A stretch of DNA of 64,000 nt from a virus. This document shows, piece after piece, positions 33,485 through 44,313 of the stretch. Position numbers and translations under genes: made by a program. Each line of letters starts with the position of its first letter. Position 1 is the stretch's first letter. The notes beneath the pieces are model-generated. The model saw nothing but the letters and a program-made list of their open reading frames with translations. It did not search any database and had not been told where the DNA came from. The stretch is taken from positions 62,738 to 126,737 of the IMG/VR virus record IMGVR_UViG_3300045988_117464, one strand, 5' to 3'.

Positions 33485-34273
33485 TTACACCAACCCTTTA
33501 TCTTTCATAATTCTATAAAGAACTACAATCATTTCTTCACGAGTCATAAATTTTTTATACATTTTACGATTTAAATTATCGCCTTTAATATATCCTTTAC
33601 TTTCAGCCCAAGTTCTTTCCGTATCAGACCAAGAACTTGCATTTTTTTCGGCTTGTTGATTTAAATAAACTTCCATCATCTCATTAAATTTATCCTAAGT
33701 CATATCTTCATCCTCCTCATTAATATTTATATTATCACCAATTTTTTGTTTAAATAACTACCATTGGTAATCGCCACTTGTTCTATAATAGCTATTCATG
33801 TCAGTTCCGCATAATGGACGAGGGCATAATTTACCAGTCACATCATAGTGGCGAATAACGCGGTTCGCTGGTATATTGTATTTCTACATTAATTGCTTTA
33901 CTAATTGTACCGTATTTTCTAATGCTCTTGGATCAAAATACCAATCAGTATCACTGGCTACAATATTAGATTTATTTATTTTACAGGGTCTTACTTCAAT
34001 TCCAATAGAATTGGCATTTCTACATTCAGGATGCTTATATCCTTTTCTTGTGCCACAGTGCCAAGCAATATCTTCATCTTTAACGCTACGATAAATAATA
34101 TCTTTTTCATCAACACAATAATGAGCTGATGATTTAGCGACAGGATTTTTAAAATAATTACTAATATTTTTTGCAGTCCCTAAAGAACCAAAATAATGTA
34201 TTACAATATATTTTATTTTTCTATTATTACCTTTTTGATAATTAGATGTTGTTAAATTATCTACAATTTTCAT
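33485..34273 (-). CDS. Endolysin: N-acetylmuramoyl-L-alanine amidase (Amidase_2/PGRP) plus C-terminal SLH-like wall-binding domain; in-frame TAG at 33884
   Basis: IVIHYFGS...AHYCVDEKDII...WHCG...ANSIGIEV (amidase_2); C-terminal SWSDTERTWAESKGYIKGDN...TREEMIVVLYR (SLH-like). ORFs 33884..34273 and 33485..33679 are co-frame. Confidence 0.65.
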
Positions 34274-34299
34274 ATCTTCACCTTTTCCTATAAATTGAT

Positions 34300-34787
34300 C
34301 ATATATTTCAACTCCATAATATAATCTCTACTATTGGATTTTTAAACTCTAATCTTTTGGTCGTTCAAACTATGTTAAAACTATATTTGAAGCAGTCTAT
34401 ATATCTTTACAATTTATTAAAGTATTCCAAACGGTAGGATAATATGTAGAAAGTTGATAAATTAAAAATTCAAGTTGTGTATTTAAGTTTCCTATTGAAG
34501 TATTTTTCTTTTTTGTAAAATCATATAATTGTTTTTTAAGACTCCAATAGGTCCATTGAGCTAAACCATATCCAGCTTTATCATAAATGAAATTAGTATA
34601 TTTACCATTATCTACTTGTTTTGTATACTATTCATCATTTAATCCAAGTGTCTTTTCAAAACTATTTTGAAGATTTTTTGGATTAAAATTTGATTCAGCT
34701 TTTAAGTTTCCCATTAGCCCGGCTGTTCCATAAGGATTTTTTATTTGTTTATATAAATAATTCCAAGCTATTTCAATATTAGTCATA
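34300..34787 (-). CDS. Phage lysozyme-like protein (AGLMGNLKAESNFNP family), several in-frame TAGs
   Basis: MTNIEIAWNYLYKQIKNPYGTAGLMGNLKAESNFNPKNLQNSFEK...; no ORF in the track because of TAG codons. Confidence 0.4.
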
Positions 34788-34848
34788 TTATCCTCCTTTC
34801 TATAAAATAAAAAAGAAAGAGAAGAAGTAAATCTTCTCTTTCTTATAA

Positions 34849-36111
34849 TTACATATGTTCAGCTAATGCCGCAATTTTAGAACGATGAATTTGTTTTAAT
34901 TCAATTTCGCCATATACATCTGATCCTCTAAATACTTTAGAAGCACGACGCATACCATTATTGGCTCCGGCAAAAGCGATATCATCAACTTGAGTTTTAT
35001 CATCGCCATCAATGATACAAATACCATCTTCACCGATACGTTGTAAAGTCAATTTCATAAGCGAAATATCCATATTTTGTGCTTCAGAAATATAAATACC
35101 CGCTTTCATTCCAGTAGTATCATAACCGCGGATATCACTTAATGGTAAAAGAACTAATTGTTCATTTTCAATCATGCGCTCAACGGCTAAGCGACCACCA
35201 AATTTACTAATTAAAAGATTGCCGATTTGACTATCAAGTAATTTTTCATCTCTAGTGCCAGGATAAAAACCTAATTTTGCGGAATTTTTAGTGGCAATTG
35301 TATTACAAAATACAATGATTTTATCAATACGTCCACGTTCAAATTGATTCATCAAAAAGGCTAAACTTAAATAAGTTTTACCTGAACCCGCGGGGCCACG
35401 AACCATAGTAATAGTATTATTAATAAGACTATCTGCGAATAAAGTTTGATAAGGGTCATCTTTCATAGGTTTTACTTTTCCAAATTGAGTAGAATCAAAA
35501 TTACCAAATGAAATAGGACGATAACCATCACCAGTATAACATACTTTATCAACGATATTATTATCTTTATCTTTTATAATTAAATATTCATTAATATGTA
35601 AATTATAAACATTTTCATATTGGTTAGAATAGAAATCAGCCATTTCCGCGTTTGACATTGTAATTTCTACATATCCCTTATATTCATCAATTAATTCTTC
35701 ATCTATGCTTTGGATATGATCTTTGTCAAAGAAAAGATTTGCCATCGCTTTTAATGATAAATCATTAGTGATAAATATAGTATTTGGATGAGCTAATTTA
35801 AATTCAATTGCGGTAGATAAAATTTTACTATCATCAGTAATTGGAAGGTTAGAATCTTCAATTATTTTTAATCCGTCTAATTTAAATAGTTGGATAATAT
35901 AATTATCAGGGTTTTTATTCAATTTATGTAATACTTTACGAGCTGAATATTTAACATCAGCATCTTTATTTGATGATGTTTTTATATTTTCTAATTCTTT
36001 TAAAGTAATAGAAGATATAACAGGTGTATATTCTTCCTCTTGGAGGAATGTATCAACCGCCATCAACAAACTACAAGTATCATAAAATTTATACATCTTC
36101 GTACTCATCAT
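34849..36111 (-). CDS. phoH: PhoH2-like ATPase (N-terminal PIN domain plus PhoH)
   Basis: PIN-like N-terminus, then VRGPAGSGKTYLSLA (Walker A) and the PhoH C-terminal region. Confidence 0.7.
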   Translation of the reverse strand: MMSTKMYKFYDTCSLLMAVDTFLQEEEYTPVISSITLKELENIKTSSNKDADVKYSARKVLHKLNKNPDNYIIQLFKLDGLKIIEDSNLPITDDSKILSTAIEFKLAHPNTIFITNDLSLKAMANLFFDKDHIQSIDEELIDEYKGYVEITMSNAEMADFYSNQYENVYNLHINEYLIIKDKDNNIVDKVCYTGDGYRPISFGNFDSTQFGKVKPMKDDPYQTLFADSLINNTITMVRGPAGSGKTYLSLAFLMNQFERGRIDKIIVFCNTIATKNSAKLGFYPGTRDEKLLDSQIGNLLISKFGGRLAVERMIENEQLVLLPLSDIRGYDTTGMKAGIYISEAQNMDISLMKLTLQRIGEDGICIIDGDDKTQVDDIAFAGANNGMRRASKVFRGSDVYGEIELKQIHRSKIAALAEHM

Positions 36112-36402
36112 CTTCTTCCTCTTCTATGTTTGGTATAGCAAATCCGACTGCGTGAACTGAAGTTTTTGTATCGGTTGCTAATTTTTCGATTTGGGAATTA
36201 TACTCTGCTATTTTTAGAGTTAATTTTCCCTTTACCAATTCGAGAAAAGTTGTCAATAAACTAACTAAACTATCTCCTATTGGGTATAAAAATGCGATAA
36301 ATATTATTCCGAATATAAATGTTAAAATAAATATTCACCCTTTCATTAGGGATTTGAAGATTTTACCTCTTAACATTTATAAAAATTTATATGCTTTTAT
36401 TT

Positions 36403-36840
36403 TTAATTCTTGGCCTCATTACGATGTTTACGAATACTCTGGTAAAATTTATCTTTTTCTTTTATGATATAATTTAATTCTTCTTTAGCATTTTTAATAG
36501 AATCATTTACATAACTAATATCTTCTTGTCTTTGGCGGATTTGTCGTTGAAGCATTTTATTTTCATAAGATTTAGGATTAAAATATTTGCTTCTATTCAT
36601 TGAATAATATAATTGATTTAAAGCTCCAAGTTGAATTTTTAATTCTTTTTTATAGGCTTGTAAAACTTTAATATAAGCTCGTTTATAAGCAAAATTACAT
36701 CCAGTTTTTTCATTTGCCATATCCATATCGTCAGGGTGGCATTTAGCAATACCATAAATAATATTACCATCTTTATCTTCAATTAAACAAGAAGCTTCGC
36801 CTGATTCAGGGTTATAACTAAATAAAGGTTCTTTTTTCAA
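36403..36840 (-). CDS. Hypothetical coiled-coil protein
   Basis: ORF only. Confidence 0.3.
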   Translation of the reverse strand: MKKEPLFSYNPESGEASCLIEDKDGNIIYGIAKCHPDDMDMANEKTGCNFAYKRAYIKVLQAYKKELKIQLGALNQLYYSMNRSKYFNPKSYENKMLQRQIRQRQEDISYVNDSIKNAKEELNYIIKEKDKFYQSIRKHRNEAKN

Positions 36841-36942
36841 AGTAGTAGAACTCCTTTCTATCTATTTCTATAAATATATTAACATAAAAATTATTAAAAA
36901 GCAAAAAAATAAAGGCGAAAGCATTATACTTTCGCCTTTATT

Positions 36943-38236
36943 TTAATTTAATAATTCATCTATCCATTCTTGCTTCATATTATTTGGAAATTCTTCGTCT
37001 ATATTATGTTTTTTATAATATTTATTCCAAAATTCAATATTGGCAAGAGCGCGAGCTTTATGCATAGGACAAATATAAGTAACTCTTTTATTAAGAATTC
37101 CAGTATCTTGATAATTATATGCTTGACACCAAGCACAACCATTAGCAATAGGACATTCACGACATTCGTCAGAAGATTGAGTATAAGAATTAATTGCTTT
37201 TAATTCTTTTGTTAATTGTTTTTGTTTTTCTGTTGTTGCTATTTCATTTTTATTTACATTTCCTATAATAAGAGGTGGGACGGAATCGCCCAGAGCATCT
37301 TCCATATATCGTAAGCAGGGGTATAAATTACCAGTATAATTCATAGCAATCATACTTCCATTTCCGCCGCACCAATTCTATAGATCATCTTTATTAGTCC
37401 AATCTTTTGGTCTAAATAATTTCAAATCTGGATATTCAAAAAATGAAATATATACATCTTCTTCTAAATTATTATCAAGGAGATATTGTCCTAATTCTTG
37501 TAATTGTTTATAGTAAATTTTGGCGTGTTCTAAAGTCCAACCTTTTTCAAAAATTACATTCCCTAATATAGAAGTAAATCCTATGTCTAAAAGAGCTTTT
37601 ACGGCATCATTTAAATACATAACATTATCAGGAGATAAAGTAATTTTTGAACAAGGATATTCTCCGGTTTTTTTACGCCAATCTTTTATTGCTTTTACAA
37701 CAATATCATAACTACCTGACCCATCAGGGAATTTTCTACAAGCATCATGCAATTCTTTATTACCATCAATACTAATAGAAACAGATAGCCATTGCTTATA
37801 TTTATCTAAAAATTTTTGTACTTTTGGATCAAAATATAATGTTCCATTAGTACAAATTAAAAATCTTGTAAAATAAATTAATGGACTGTTCATTTCAATT
37901 AATTTAGAAATTGTATAATCCATTACTTTATCTATTAAATCTAAATTTAAAAAAGGTTCTCCACCAATAAAATCAAAGACTAAACCTATAATATTATCTG
38001 GGTCAAAGTAATCATTTTTCTAAGGATTTACTATTAACATATCAATATATTTTTTAGCTGTTTCAAAATCCATTAAATGATTTTTTTTACAAGTTTGATA
38101 ACAATAACTACATCTTAAATTACAAGCGTCAGTGACCTGTAAAGTTATATCAAAAACTTTATCGCTTTCATTTTTCCATAGTTCTGGATATAATCTTTGA
38201 ATTGTATCACTATACTATTCGAATTTACGTCTCATT
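36943..38236 (-). CDS. Radical SAM enzyme with C-terminal SPASM domain (peptide/protein-modifying maturase-like); in-frame TAGs at 37378 and about 38215
   Basis: CNLRCSYCY (CxxxCxxC) near the N-terminus; SPASM-like CRECPIANGCAWCQA in the C-terminal ORF 36943..37353, which is co-frame with 37378..37923 across a TAG. Confidence 0.6.
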
Positions 38237-38540
38237 CAGCATTATCATTAATTGTTATTGTAATAATTTTTGCTTGGAAGTCAATACTCCAATAGGCATT
38301 ATTACCATATTTTTCTAAATCATAATATTTTCCAACTTTATTTCTAATTTTATCATATTCAATAAATTTTTCAACGTATTCTTGATGATATCTTTTATAA
38401 TTATCAGTATCCATATTATTAAATGAAGTGCTATTCATCATATAAGTAATAATACTTTGACGAGCAAGAAGATCTTGATAAGCTCGTTCTAATTTATCAT
38501 TTAATTCTACATTATTAGCATTTACTGTAATTGTTTTCAT
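38232..38540 (-). CDS. Hypothetical protein between the Cys-rich gene and the radical SAM gene
   Basis: ORF only. Confidence 0.3.
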   Translation of the reverse strand: MKTITVNANNVELNDKLERAYQDLLARQSIITYMMNSTSFNNMDTDNYKRYHQEYVEKFIEYDKIRNKVGKYYDLEKYGNNAYWSIDFQAKIITITINDNAE

Positions 38541-38662
38541 TATTTTTCTCCTTTTTATCTTATAAATTAACTTTTTAAAATTTTAGAATATAAAGACTTT
38601 AAAGCAGTAATTGCTTTCTGCATTTCAGATTTAGTACAGACATTTCCATTATAAGAAGTGTT

Positions 38663-39272
38663 CTACATTTTAGAAATATTTGTGAATATTTCATTTTTTA
38701 AGTTTGTATTAACTTTACTGTTAGAAGAAACTTTTGTAGGTAAAGTACTATATCCACGCCTAGATAATTCTTTATTTAACATAGTATAAATATTTGCAAT
38801 ATCAGCAGCATATAAAACGATTCTTAAATTAATAGAATTATAAAGATTTACATTAGCTGAAGTGGTACATCCATTATCGCAGCCTCCCGTACAATTGCCA
38901 GTACAAGCAGAACAGTCATGCCTACAACTAGCACTACATCCAACACATCCGCCAGAACAGCTTCCACTACAATCGGTGCGACAACTAGCACTACATCCAA
39001 CACATCCGCCAGAACAGCTTCCACTACAATCGATACTGCAAGAACCGCCACATCCAGAGCAACCTACATCACATCCGCCTGAACAACTATTACTACAAAC
39101 TCCTCCGCATCCAGAGCAATTTCCATCACAGTCTCCTCTACAACTTCCTTGGCATTGGCTAGTGCCGCAAGTTTCACACATAGAACAATTACCGCCACAA
39201 CCATGGTCACATCCATTACTACAGCTTATAAAGCAAGTTCCGACACAACCCTATGTAGTACAATTAGCCATA
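38663..39272 (-). CDS. Cysteine-rich tandem-repeat protein (CSGSCSGGCVGCSASC repeats), upstream of the radical SAM/SPASM enzyme
   Basis: About 130 aa of CxxC/CxxxC repeats with a 57-nt DNA period (38870-39070), then a Cys-free C-terminal tail; the N-terminus extends across a TAG to an ATG at about 39272. Confidence 0.5.
38870..39070 (-). repeat. Tandem repeats of about 57 nt encoding the Cys-rich repeat units
   Basis: Near-identical blocks tgtagtgctagttgtcg[c/g]ac[c/a]gattgtagtggaagctgttctggcggatgtgttggatg repeated; this also creates spurious overlapping ORFs on both strands. Confidence 0.7.
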
Positions 39273-39299
39273 TGTTATGTCCTCCTTACATTAAATTTT

Positions 39300-39737
39300 T
39301 TACAATATTTTCTAATTCATCTAATTTGTTAAATAATTGATATTTAATAAATATGCTACTTAATAAAGAATAATATCTTAAAGAATTATTTTCTTTTATT
39401 TTATAATTCTTAAAGAATTCTATATTATTTTCTTTTGTGTCTGAATCTAACTTTACTTCTAAAAATAGATAATCAATAGCAGTTAAAACTTGAGTATTAT
39501 TTTTTAGATAACTAATTTTATTAATGAAATCTTGTAATTTGTCAATCTATTCTAAATTTCTAAGATTTTCAAAATTTTGAATATTATAAAAAATTATTGC
39601 AATAGTTTCTTGATATTCGATATCAGAAATTTCATTTAACTATAAAATCAATTCATTGTCATCAAATAAAATACCATTTTCTAACTCTTTAGAAACTTTA
39701 ATTTTTAAAAGTAAAACATCTTTTTCGGATAGAGACA
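39300..39737 (-). CDS. Hypothetical protein (2 in-frame TAGs)
   Basis: MNKMSLSEKDVLLLKIKVSKELENGILFDD...; absent from the ORF track because of TAG codons. Confidence 0.3.
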
Positions 39738-39922
39738 TTTTATTCATCCTTTCTTTAATATAAATTATAGCAAAATTTTTTTGATTTTGCAAATTTTATT
39801 TACCTAATTTATTTATAAATACTGGGTTTATTTTTAATGAAAAATGACCATTTAACATTTTATTAAAAAAATTTCTATGGGCGTGAGTGATTGGAACTAC
39901 GGCCGATCGCGTTGATCAGGGA

Positions 39923-39963
39923 TAAAAAAATAGACACTATGAAATAAATCATAGTGTCTATTT
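39923..39963 (-). terminator. Rho-independent terminator after the flotillin-like gene
   Basis: Inverted repeat atagacactatg/catagtgtctat followed by a T-run on the minus strand. Confidence 0.6.
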
Positions 39964-39966
39964 AAA

Positions 39967-41352
39967 TTACTTATTCAATGCTTTTGTAAGCATCTCTTTA
40001 ATGTCGATGCCATTTTCAGACATTGCTTCGATGACCTGGTTTGCGGAACCCATAACATCCTTTACAAGACGAGCAGAGTTTCCATCACCATACTGGACGA
40101 TCTTATCCACATTGGTAAGAGGGGCGGCCGCGTTTGCCACGATTTGAGGCATTGCATTAAAATACATTTCAATGATAGAGGCTTCACCCATCTTCTTCTG
40201 TGCTTCTGCTTTCTTGTCGATTGCTGTAGCTTCAGCTTCACCAACGGCCGCAATACCAGCAGCTTTCTGCTCGGCTGCGAACTTTTCCGCTTCAGCGCGA
40301 GCACGCATAGCTTTTGCTTCCTGCTCGATCTCATAAGCCTTAGCTTCAGCATCCTTCTGACGACGAATCAGGTCTGCTTCAGCAGCTTTTTCCGCAGCAT
40401 ACTTATCAGCATCAGCCTGCTTACGAACCAATGCAGTCAGTTCGTATTCCTTAAGCTCGATTTCCTTCTGCTTCAATTCAGCTTCACGCTCAGCCTTTGC
40501 GATATTCGCATTAGTTGCGGCAACATCCTTGAGCTTACGCTGATTTTCAGACTCAATGCCGGCGGCTGCCTCTGCCTGAGCTTTCTTAGTATCAGCTTCC
40601 TGCTTCAACTGAGCCTGCTTGATAGCAAGATCGTTATTGCGGATTGCGATTTCCTCAGCGGCCTTAACCTTAGCGTCATTAGACTGCTTAGCATTTTCCG
40701 CACGAGCGACCTCAATCTCACGTTCCGCATTGGACTTAGCGATCGCCGCGTTCTTGCTAATCTGAGCAACATTATCAATACCGAGGTTAGTGATAACATC
40801 ATTATCATCAGAGAAGTTCTGAACGTTAAAGGTAATCAACTCAAGACCATAACGTGCCAGATCAGGAACTGCGTTCTCCTGAACTTTCTCGCTAAACAGC
40901 TTACGATCGCTAACCATATCAGTCAACTTCATCTGACCGACGATCTCACGAATATTGCCCTCAAGAAGGTCGTTAATTTTACGAGAAATTTCATCACAAC
41001 CTACATTAAGGAAGTTCTGAGCGGCGAGCGCAATCATTTCAGGATCTCTACCTACACGAACGGAAACGGTAGAATCAACACGAACGTTAATGTATTCGGC
41101 AGTAGGAACCGCAGATCCAGTCTTTACATCAATTTGAATAGCTCCGAGAGCAAGCTTATCCAAACGTTCGAAGAAAGGAATCTTCAAGCCAGCTTTACCA
41201 ACAAGAATTCGAGGTTTCTTATGGACACCACTGATGATATAAGCCATATCAGGCGGAGCTTTTACATAACCATTGAGGAAAATGAAAACTACCAGTAGCG
41301 CAATAAGAACTACAGGAATTGCCGGAAGGATAAATGAAATAATAGCGGGCAT
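39967..41352 (-). CDS. Flotillin / SPFH (band-7) domain protein
   Basis: N-terminal TM, SPFH domain (VKTGSAVPTAEYINVRVDSTVSVRV...) and a long A/E/K-rich coiled-coil (flotillin/YqiK-like). Higher-GC codon usage. Confidence 0.7.
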   Translation of the reverse strand: MPAIISFILPAIPVVLIALLVVFIFLNGYVKAPPDMAYIISGVHKKPRILVGKAGLKIPFFERLDKLALGAIQIDVKTGSAVPTAEYINVRVDSTVSVRVGRDPEMIALAAQNFLNVGCDEISRKINDLLEGNIREIVGQMKLTDMVSDRKLFSEKVQENAVPDLARYGLELITFNVQNFSDDNDVITNLGIDNVAQISKNAAIAKSNAEREIEVARAENAKQSNDAKVKAAEEIAIRNNDLAIKQAQLKQEADTKKAQAEAAAGIESENQRKLKDVAATNANIAKAEREAELKQKEIELKEYELTALVRKQADADKYAAEKAAEADLIRRQKDAEAKAYEIEQEAKAMRARAEAEKFAAEQKAAGIAAVGEAEATAIDKKAEAQKKMGEASIIEMYFNAMPQIVANAAAPLTNVDKIVQYGDGNSARLVKDVMGSANQVIEAMSENGIDIKEMLTKALNK

Positions 41353-41378
41353 AAATAATTCTCCTTATTTATTTAATT

Positions 41379-41642
41379 TTAAATTTTATACTTATATTTG
41401 AATAATGCTTCAATAGCATCATCAATCGAATTATAGTATCCATTATGTTCAAATTCTCCATCTTCATCCCATAAGAAAGAGATTTCTACACCTAATGGAC
41501 CTTGTTCCAATTTTTCTTTTACTTCTTTGTAAATTGCTTCTTCCATTTGTCTTGTTATTAATTTTTCCCAATCTTCATAGGACATTTTTCCAGTAATGAG
41601 TTTTTTTGTTAAATCATTACCTTTATAATCATAAAGTGCCAT
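41379..41642 (-). CDS. Hypothetical protein
   Basis: ORF only. Confidence 0.3.
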   Translation of the reverse strand: MALYDYKGNDLTKKLITGKMSYEDWEKLITRQMEEAIYKEVKEKLEQGPLGVEISFLWDEDGEFEHNGYYNSIDDAIEALFKYKYKI

Positions 41643-41652
41643 TTAGTTTTCC

Positions 41653-42198
41653 TTATTCATCAAGAAATGCTTTACATTCCTCAACTTTGGCTTTCATAGC
41701 ATCAATGATTACATCAAGATTAATGGGGTAGCCATGGTGAGAATCAACACCTACATGATACATATAAGGTCGATCTTCAAAGAAATTAGTGGTTTGATGA
41801 GTATGACCGTAAAGATTCAAAGTCATTTGATGAAGATTTTCTCTTTCAAGATTACCAGTCATACAAGGGAAATGGGTCATAAAGAAATGGTATTTACGAT
41901 AATTTAGCATAATCGCCCAATCCATTTCAACAACATTAGGCAAATCCGCATAAAGCTTCTGCCGAGTTGCTGTATCATGGTTGCCAAATACAATATGAAA
42001 TTTGCCCTTAAGACGTTTAACATATTCAATATTAGAAGGCTCTCCAAGCATTAGATCACCAAGAATATAAACGTCATCTTCATCAGAAATGATGCTATTC
42101 CATTTCTCGACGTAATCTTCATTCATTTCTTTAATTGAAGAATAACCACGAGCTTTCCAAATAAATTCACGGTCATGGCTAACCAAAGTGCATATCAC
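41653..42198 (-). CDS. Calcineurin-like metallophosphoesterase
   Basis: GDLMLGE...GNHD...HTHQ motifs. Confidence 0.55.
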   Translation of the reverse strand: MICTLVSHDREFIWKARGYSSIKEMNEDYVEKWNSIISDEDDVYILGDLMLGEPSNIEYVKRLKGKFHIVFGNHDTATRQKLYADLPNVVEMDWAIMLNYRKYHFFMTHFPCMTGNLERENLHQMTLNLYGHTHQTTNFFEDRPYMYHVGVDSHHGYPINLDVIIDAMKAKVEECKAFLDE

Positions 42199-42223
42199 TT
42201 GTTAAAAAGATAGCACCCATATT

Positions 42224-42960
42224 TTAATCACCTATCCTTTCCCATTTTCGTCCACCAACTTTGCTATATCTACTTGATCCAGCGAGACATTTACTTAAAC
42301 TACTTCGATCTACTTTTTCTTTTCGAGCAGCTTCGCTAATACTATCATAGTAAACAATATCATTTGGGTTATTTATATTAATTCCTTTTATTTTGGTACG
42401 TCTTTTTCGAGTTTTTGCTTTTGGAATTATAACATTATTATTTTCATCCAATGATCGAAAAATTAAATTATTACAACTATGAGCTTCTCCATCACATATT
42501 TTTTTTATTGTCGTAGCTCTTTTATCGCCATCCCACCCTTGAGCTCTTGCAGCTTCATGATAAGAACTATAAATAGAAATAATTTCATTCTATTCATTTA
42601 CTAAAGCACATTTTTTACTAATTTTTTTTATATGCTTTTGAGTATTCTCAAGAGTGATAATATTAGATTTAGTATTTTCAGTCTAATTATATCCATTAGG
42701 ACATAAAGAATTATATTTTAAAATCATTTGATGCTCATAAGTTTCCATCGAATTAACATCATTAAAATCATTTCTTAAAATTTCAAAAGTAAAATTTTCT
42801 ACTCCATATTTTCTAATAGCACACTATAAAGGATAAAAATAATTTGAATTATTTAGATTAAAAGCATTATTAATGTGCTATTTCCATCTAGTTTCAACAC
42901 GAGTACTTGAGCCTATATAAGATTTTTTATTAATCTAATTAGTAATTTTATATACAACAT
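42224..42960 (-). CDS. Free-standing GIY-YIG homing endonuclease (5 in-frame TAGs)
   Basis: MNVVYKITN-(TAG)-INKKSYIGSSTRVETRWK-(TAG)-HINNAF...ENFTFEILRN; C-terminal HTH-like region. Confidence 0.65.
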
Positions 42961-43032
42961 TCATTTATTAATCACTCCTTCATATATTAATGAGAAAATA
43001 ATTAATAAAATTAACACTTCTTGACCCACAAT

Positions 43033-43566
43033 TTAGACATGAGATTGCCATGTATGAATCACTTCTCCTTTTTCGTTAACCTCTTGAATAAGGTTATATT
43101 TAATATATTCTTTAAAAGTGGGAGGAGTAAAAGAATTTGCCATACTCCGAATTACTTCTTCTGGAACTTGCGCTCGACCATCACGCTGTTTATTGCGCTC
43201 AATGCAAACTTCAACAGGAACATTAAAATAAATAACATTCACATTAAGATTTGCATATCCTTTTGCGTTAATTGCTTTAAGAAGTTTCTTGCGGGAGCCG
43301 GGTCCAAGATGCGTGGCATCCGCATACACATCATCATAGTCTCTTAAAGAAAGGGTGATTGCTTCAACAAAAGCATGCCATACACTTTCTTCTTTGGCGA
43401 AATAGCTTTCATCATCATTTAACATTTGAAAACGAAGAGCATCACGAGAAACAACACAACCACATTGAGGCCAACGATTTTTAAGGAACGTGCTTTTGCC
43501 CGATGCTGGCACTCCGGACATAATCCAAAGATTCTTTTGCTTCATCTTTATACACTCCATTCTCAA
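43033..43566 (-). CDS. pnk: Polynucleotide 5'-kinase (T4 Pnk kinase-domain-like P-loop kinase)
   Basis: LWIMSGVPASGKSTFLKNR...SRD...VPEEVIRSM parallels the T4 Pnk kinase domain (GCPGSGKST...NRDD...VPIDVLRSM). Confidence 0.55.
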   Translation of the reverse strand: MRMECIKMKQKNLWIMSGVPASGKSTFLKNRWPQCGCVVSRDALRFQMLNDDESYFAKEESVWHAFVEAITLSLRDYDDVYADATHLGPGSRKKLLKAINAKGYANLNVNVIYFNVPVEVCIERNKQRDGRAQVPEEVIRSMANSFTPPTFKEYIKYNLIQEVNEKGEVIHTWQSHV

Positions 43567-43756
43567 AATTTTCTTTAAATTCTTCTACTTCTTCTGGAGT
43601 TCTACACTCAATATGATTTACTTCTTCTTTACAGTAAATACAATATAACTTTTTACGATGAAATTTACCATGTTGAAAACTTACTCGACGAGATAAAGGA
43701 ATTCCTTTTCGTCCACAATTCATACAATAAAAATCATGGTTTTCATAAGATGCCAT
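43481..43756 (-). CDS. Zinc-ribbon protein
   Basis: CMNCGRKG...CIYCKEEV. Confidence 0.3.
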   Translation of the reverse strand: MASYENHDFYCMNCGRKGIPLSRRVSFQHGKFHRKKLYCIYCKEEVNHIECRTPEEVEEFKENFENGVYKDEAKESLDYVRSASIGQKHVP

Positions 43757-44023
43757 TTGAATTACTCCTTTGAGCGAGAAGGAACCGCGATATTAATAAA
43801 AATCTTAATGACAAACATTTGCCAATAAGTAATGCTTGGAAAGCAAAACCAAGGAATAAGAGCGGTATTCCAAATAAATAACATAATAGCTACTTCAATA
43901 AACATAAGAGCTACACCCGCGATTGCCATAGAAATATCATCATAATCGTCCATTTTTTATCAATTCCTTTCTTAACTTTCTATAAATATTATAACTTATT
44001 TTTTATAAAAATCAATAAAGAAT

Positions 44024-44302
44024 TTATACTTCCTTTAAACGATTTTCACATTCCTCAGCATCATACTCAATAGTTAAATTTGTAGCATCAAGATAGCCAC
44101 TATCATAATAAAGTATATCATGTTTAACAGTAGCATTTTCATAAATTTCTGCTTCACCAGTATCTTTTACAATTTCAAAAAGATCGCATAAAAATCTACA
44201 AGCAGATTCAATAGTGTCAAATTCAAGAGCTTTATCATCCCAACAGAGTGGATTAACACCCTCTTTTGTTTCATAAATATGATATTTCATACCTCTAACC
44301 AT
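44024..44302 (-). CDS. Hypothetical protein
   Basis: ORF with an upstream promoter motif. Confidence 0.3.
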   Translation of the reverse strand: MVRGMKYHIYETKEGVNPLCWDDKALEFDTIESACRFLCDLFEIVKDTGEAEIYENATVKHDILYYDSGYLDATNLTIEYDAEECENRLKEV

Positions 44303-44313
44303 TATTTTTCTCC

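Noticed and set aside
38848-39332. Overlapping ORFs on both strands within the Cys-repeat region (38848..39051 minus, 38862..39332 plus)
   Set aside because: Alternative frames of the 57-nt tandem repeat; only the CxxC-repeat frame continues into a non-repetitive C-terminal domain with a start and promoter.
40144-41298. 384-aa plus-strand ORF antisense to the flotillin gene
   Set aside because: Low-complexity L/S/F-rich translation produced by the reverse complement of an A/E/K-rich coiled-coil gene; no start context; the minus-strand gene has clear SPFH homology.
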